Below, piece after piece: positions 63,299 through 64,000 of a stretch of DNA of 64,000 nt. Both the position numbers and the translations under genes were made by a program. The notes below the pieces were generated by a model. That model saw nothing but the letters and a program-made list of their open reading frames with translations, searched no databases and was not told where the DNA came from. Source of the stretch: Actinobacteria bacterium UBA7524 (GTDB lineage Bacteria > Actinomycetota > Coriobacteriia > Anaerosomatales > UBA912); contig DLMY01000009.1 of the NCBI GenBank assembly GCA_002478275.1, positions 18,991 to 82,990 on the forward strand, in the 5' to 3' direction. The first letter of the stretch is position 1. Every line of letters begins with the position of its first letter.

Positions 63299-64000
63299 TC
63301 AGGTCTCGTCTCCTTCGTTCTCGACGTGGTGTGGGTGTTCGGCGATTATCTCAGCACCGAGCTCGGCCATGAGCATACGCTCCACTTCCGCTTCGTCCAC
63401 CTCGGATTCCGACGGCGTGTCAATGGGTGCGGTCGACTCCTCCGCCGCAGGAACGGGCACATCGACATGACGCGGCGGATCGGGCGCCGGGACCGGCTGC
63501 ACCGACCCCCGGCCCAGCTGGTATCTGACGGGCGGCGTCGAGCCGAGTACGCGCGTCAGTGCGGCTAGCAACAGCTGGCGCGTCTCCGAGTCGGAAGCGA
63601 GCCGGTCCATTGTGAACTTCTGGTCGGCCGGGAACTCGATGACGAGAGTGTCGCCGCCCGCATCGATATCGACTTCCGTGTTAGCGAAGATGTGAGCTCT
63701 GGAGGACTTGACGCGCTTGATCTCGGCGATGACCGCAGGCCATGCCCGCTTGATGTGCCCGCGGTCAAGCGGACCTGTGGGCGAGGTGCTTTCGATGACG
63801 ACCGGCTCGTCGGTGACGGTCGCTGCTGGCTTGGATGCAGCCGTGGCTGGCTCCGGGTCGGTTCCTCGGGCAGGGCCAGGCGCTTTGTCCGCTCGCTCTG
63901 CCTTCGACTCCGCCGCAGCTGAGGGGGTATGCGCGGTGTCGGGTGCGGGCGCGGGTGCAGGTACGGCAGGTGCGACGGGCCGGGCCTCTACCGCCACGCC
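63299..64000 (-). CDS. dnaX: DNA polymerase III gamma/tau C-terminal part (begins beyond the window end)
   Basis: Pro/Ala linker, WPAVI domain, LMAELGAEII end; dnaX-ybaB-recR synteny. Confidence 0.8.
   Translation of the reverse strand, partial: GVAVEARPVAPAVPAPAPAPDTAHTPSAAAESKAERADKAPGPARGTDPEPATAASKPAATVTDEPVVIESTSPTGPLDRGHIKRAWPAVIAEIKRVKSSRAHIFANTEVDIDAGGDTLVIEFPADQKFTMDRLASDSETRQLLLAALTRVLGSTPPVRYQLGRGSVQPVPAPDPPRHVDVPVPAAEESTAPIDTPSESEVDEAEVERMLMAELGAEIIAEHPHHVENEGDET

Overview
High-GC chromosomal window from an anaerobic actinobacterium. The HspR-type dnaK operon, DUF6049 and sortase/LPxTG genes together with 4-subunit POR and hypFCDE suggest Coriobacteriia; this is inference. The scaffold has 4 N-gaps, all in ask/asd. 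Housekeeping content: OFA MFS transporter, sugar ABC transporter, guanine deaminase, dnaK-grpE-dnaJ-hspR-orf-clpB-hsp20, ferredoxin, lon, trxB-trxA, hypFCDE, pgi-like gene, actP-type symporter with LytS/LytTR, ask-asd, porCDAB and dnaX-ybaB-recR. No rRNA, tRNA, CRISPR or mobile element was seen. Most notable: (1) a degenerate [FeFe]-hydrogenase-like Fe-S sensor fused to a GGDEF cyclase, in a window that also has two HD-GYP phosphodiesterases, a c-di-GMP-I riboswitch and two sigma-28-type promoters, suggesting a redox/H2-to-c-di-GMP circuit; (2) a DsbA/FrnE-like selenoprotein (UPFC plus SECIS-like hairpin) truncated by the ORF track; (3) a Zn-ribbon/HEPN-like gene heading and overlapping hypF; (4) a PIN-TM-TPR membrane nuclease candidate; (5) a sortase substrate with three F-x-PFT motifs and a long structured leader carrying a perfect CRP-type site.
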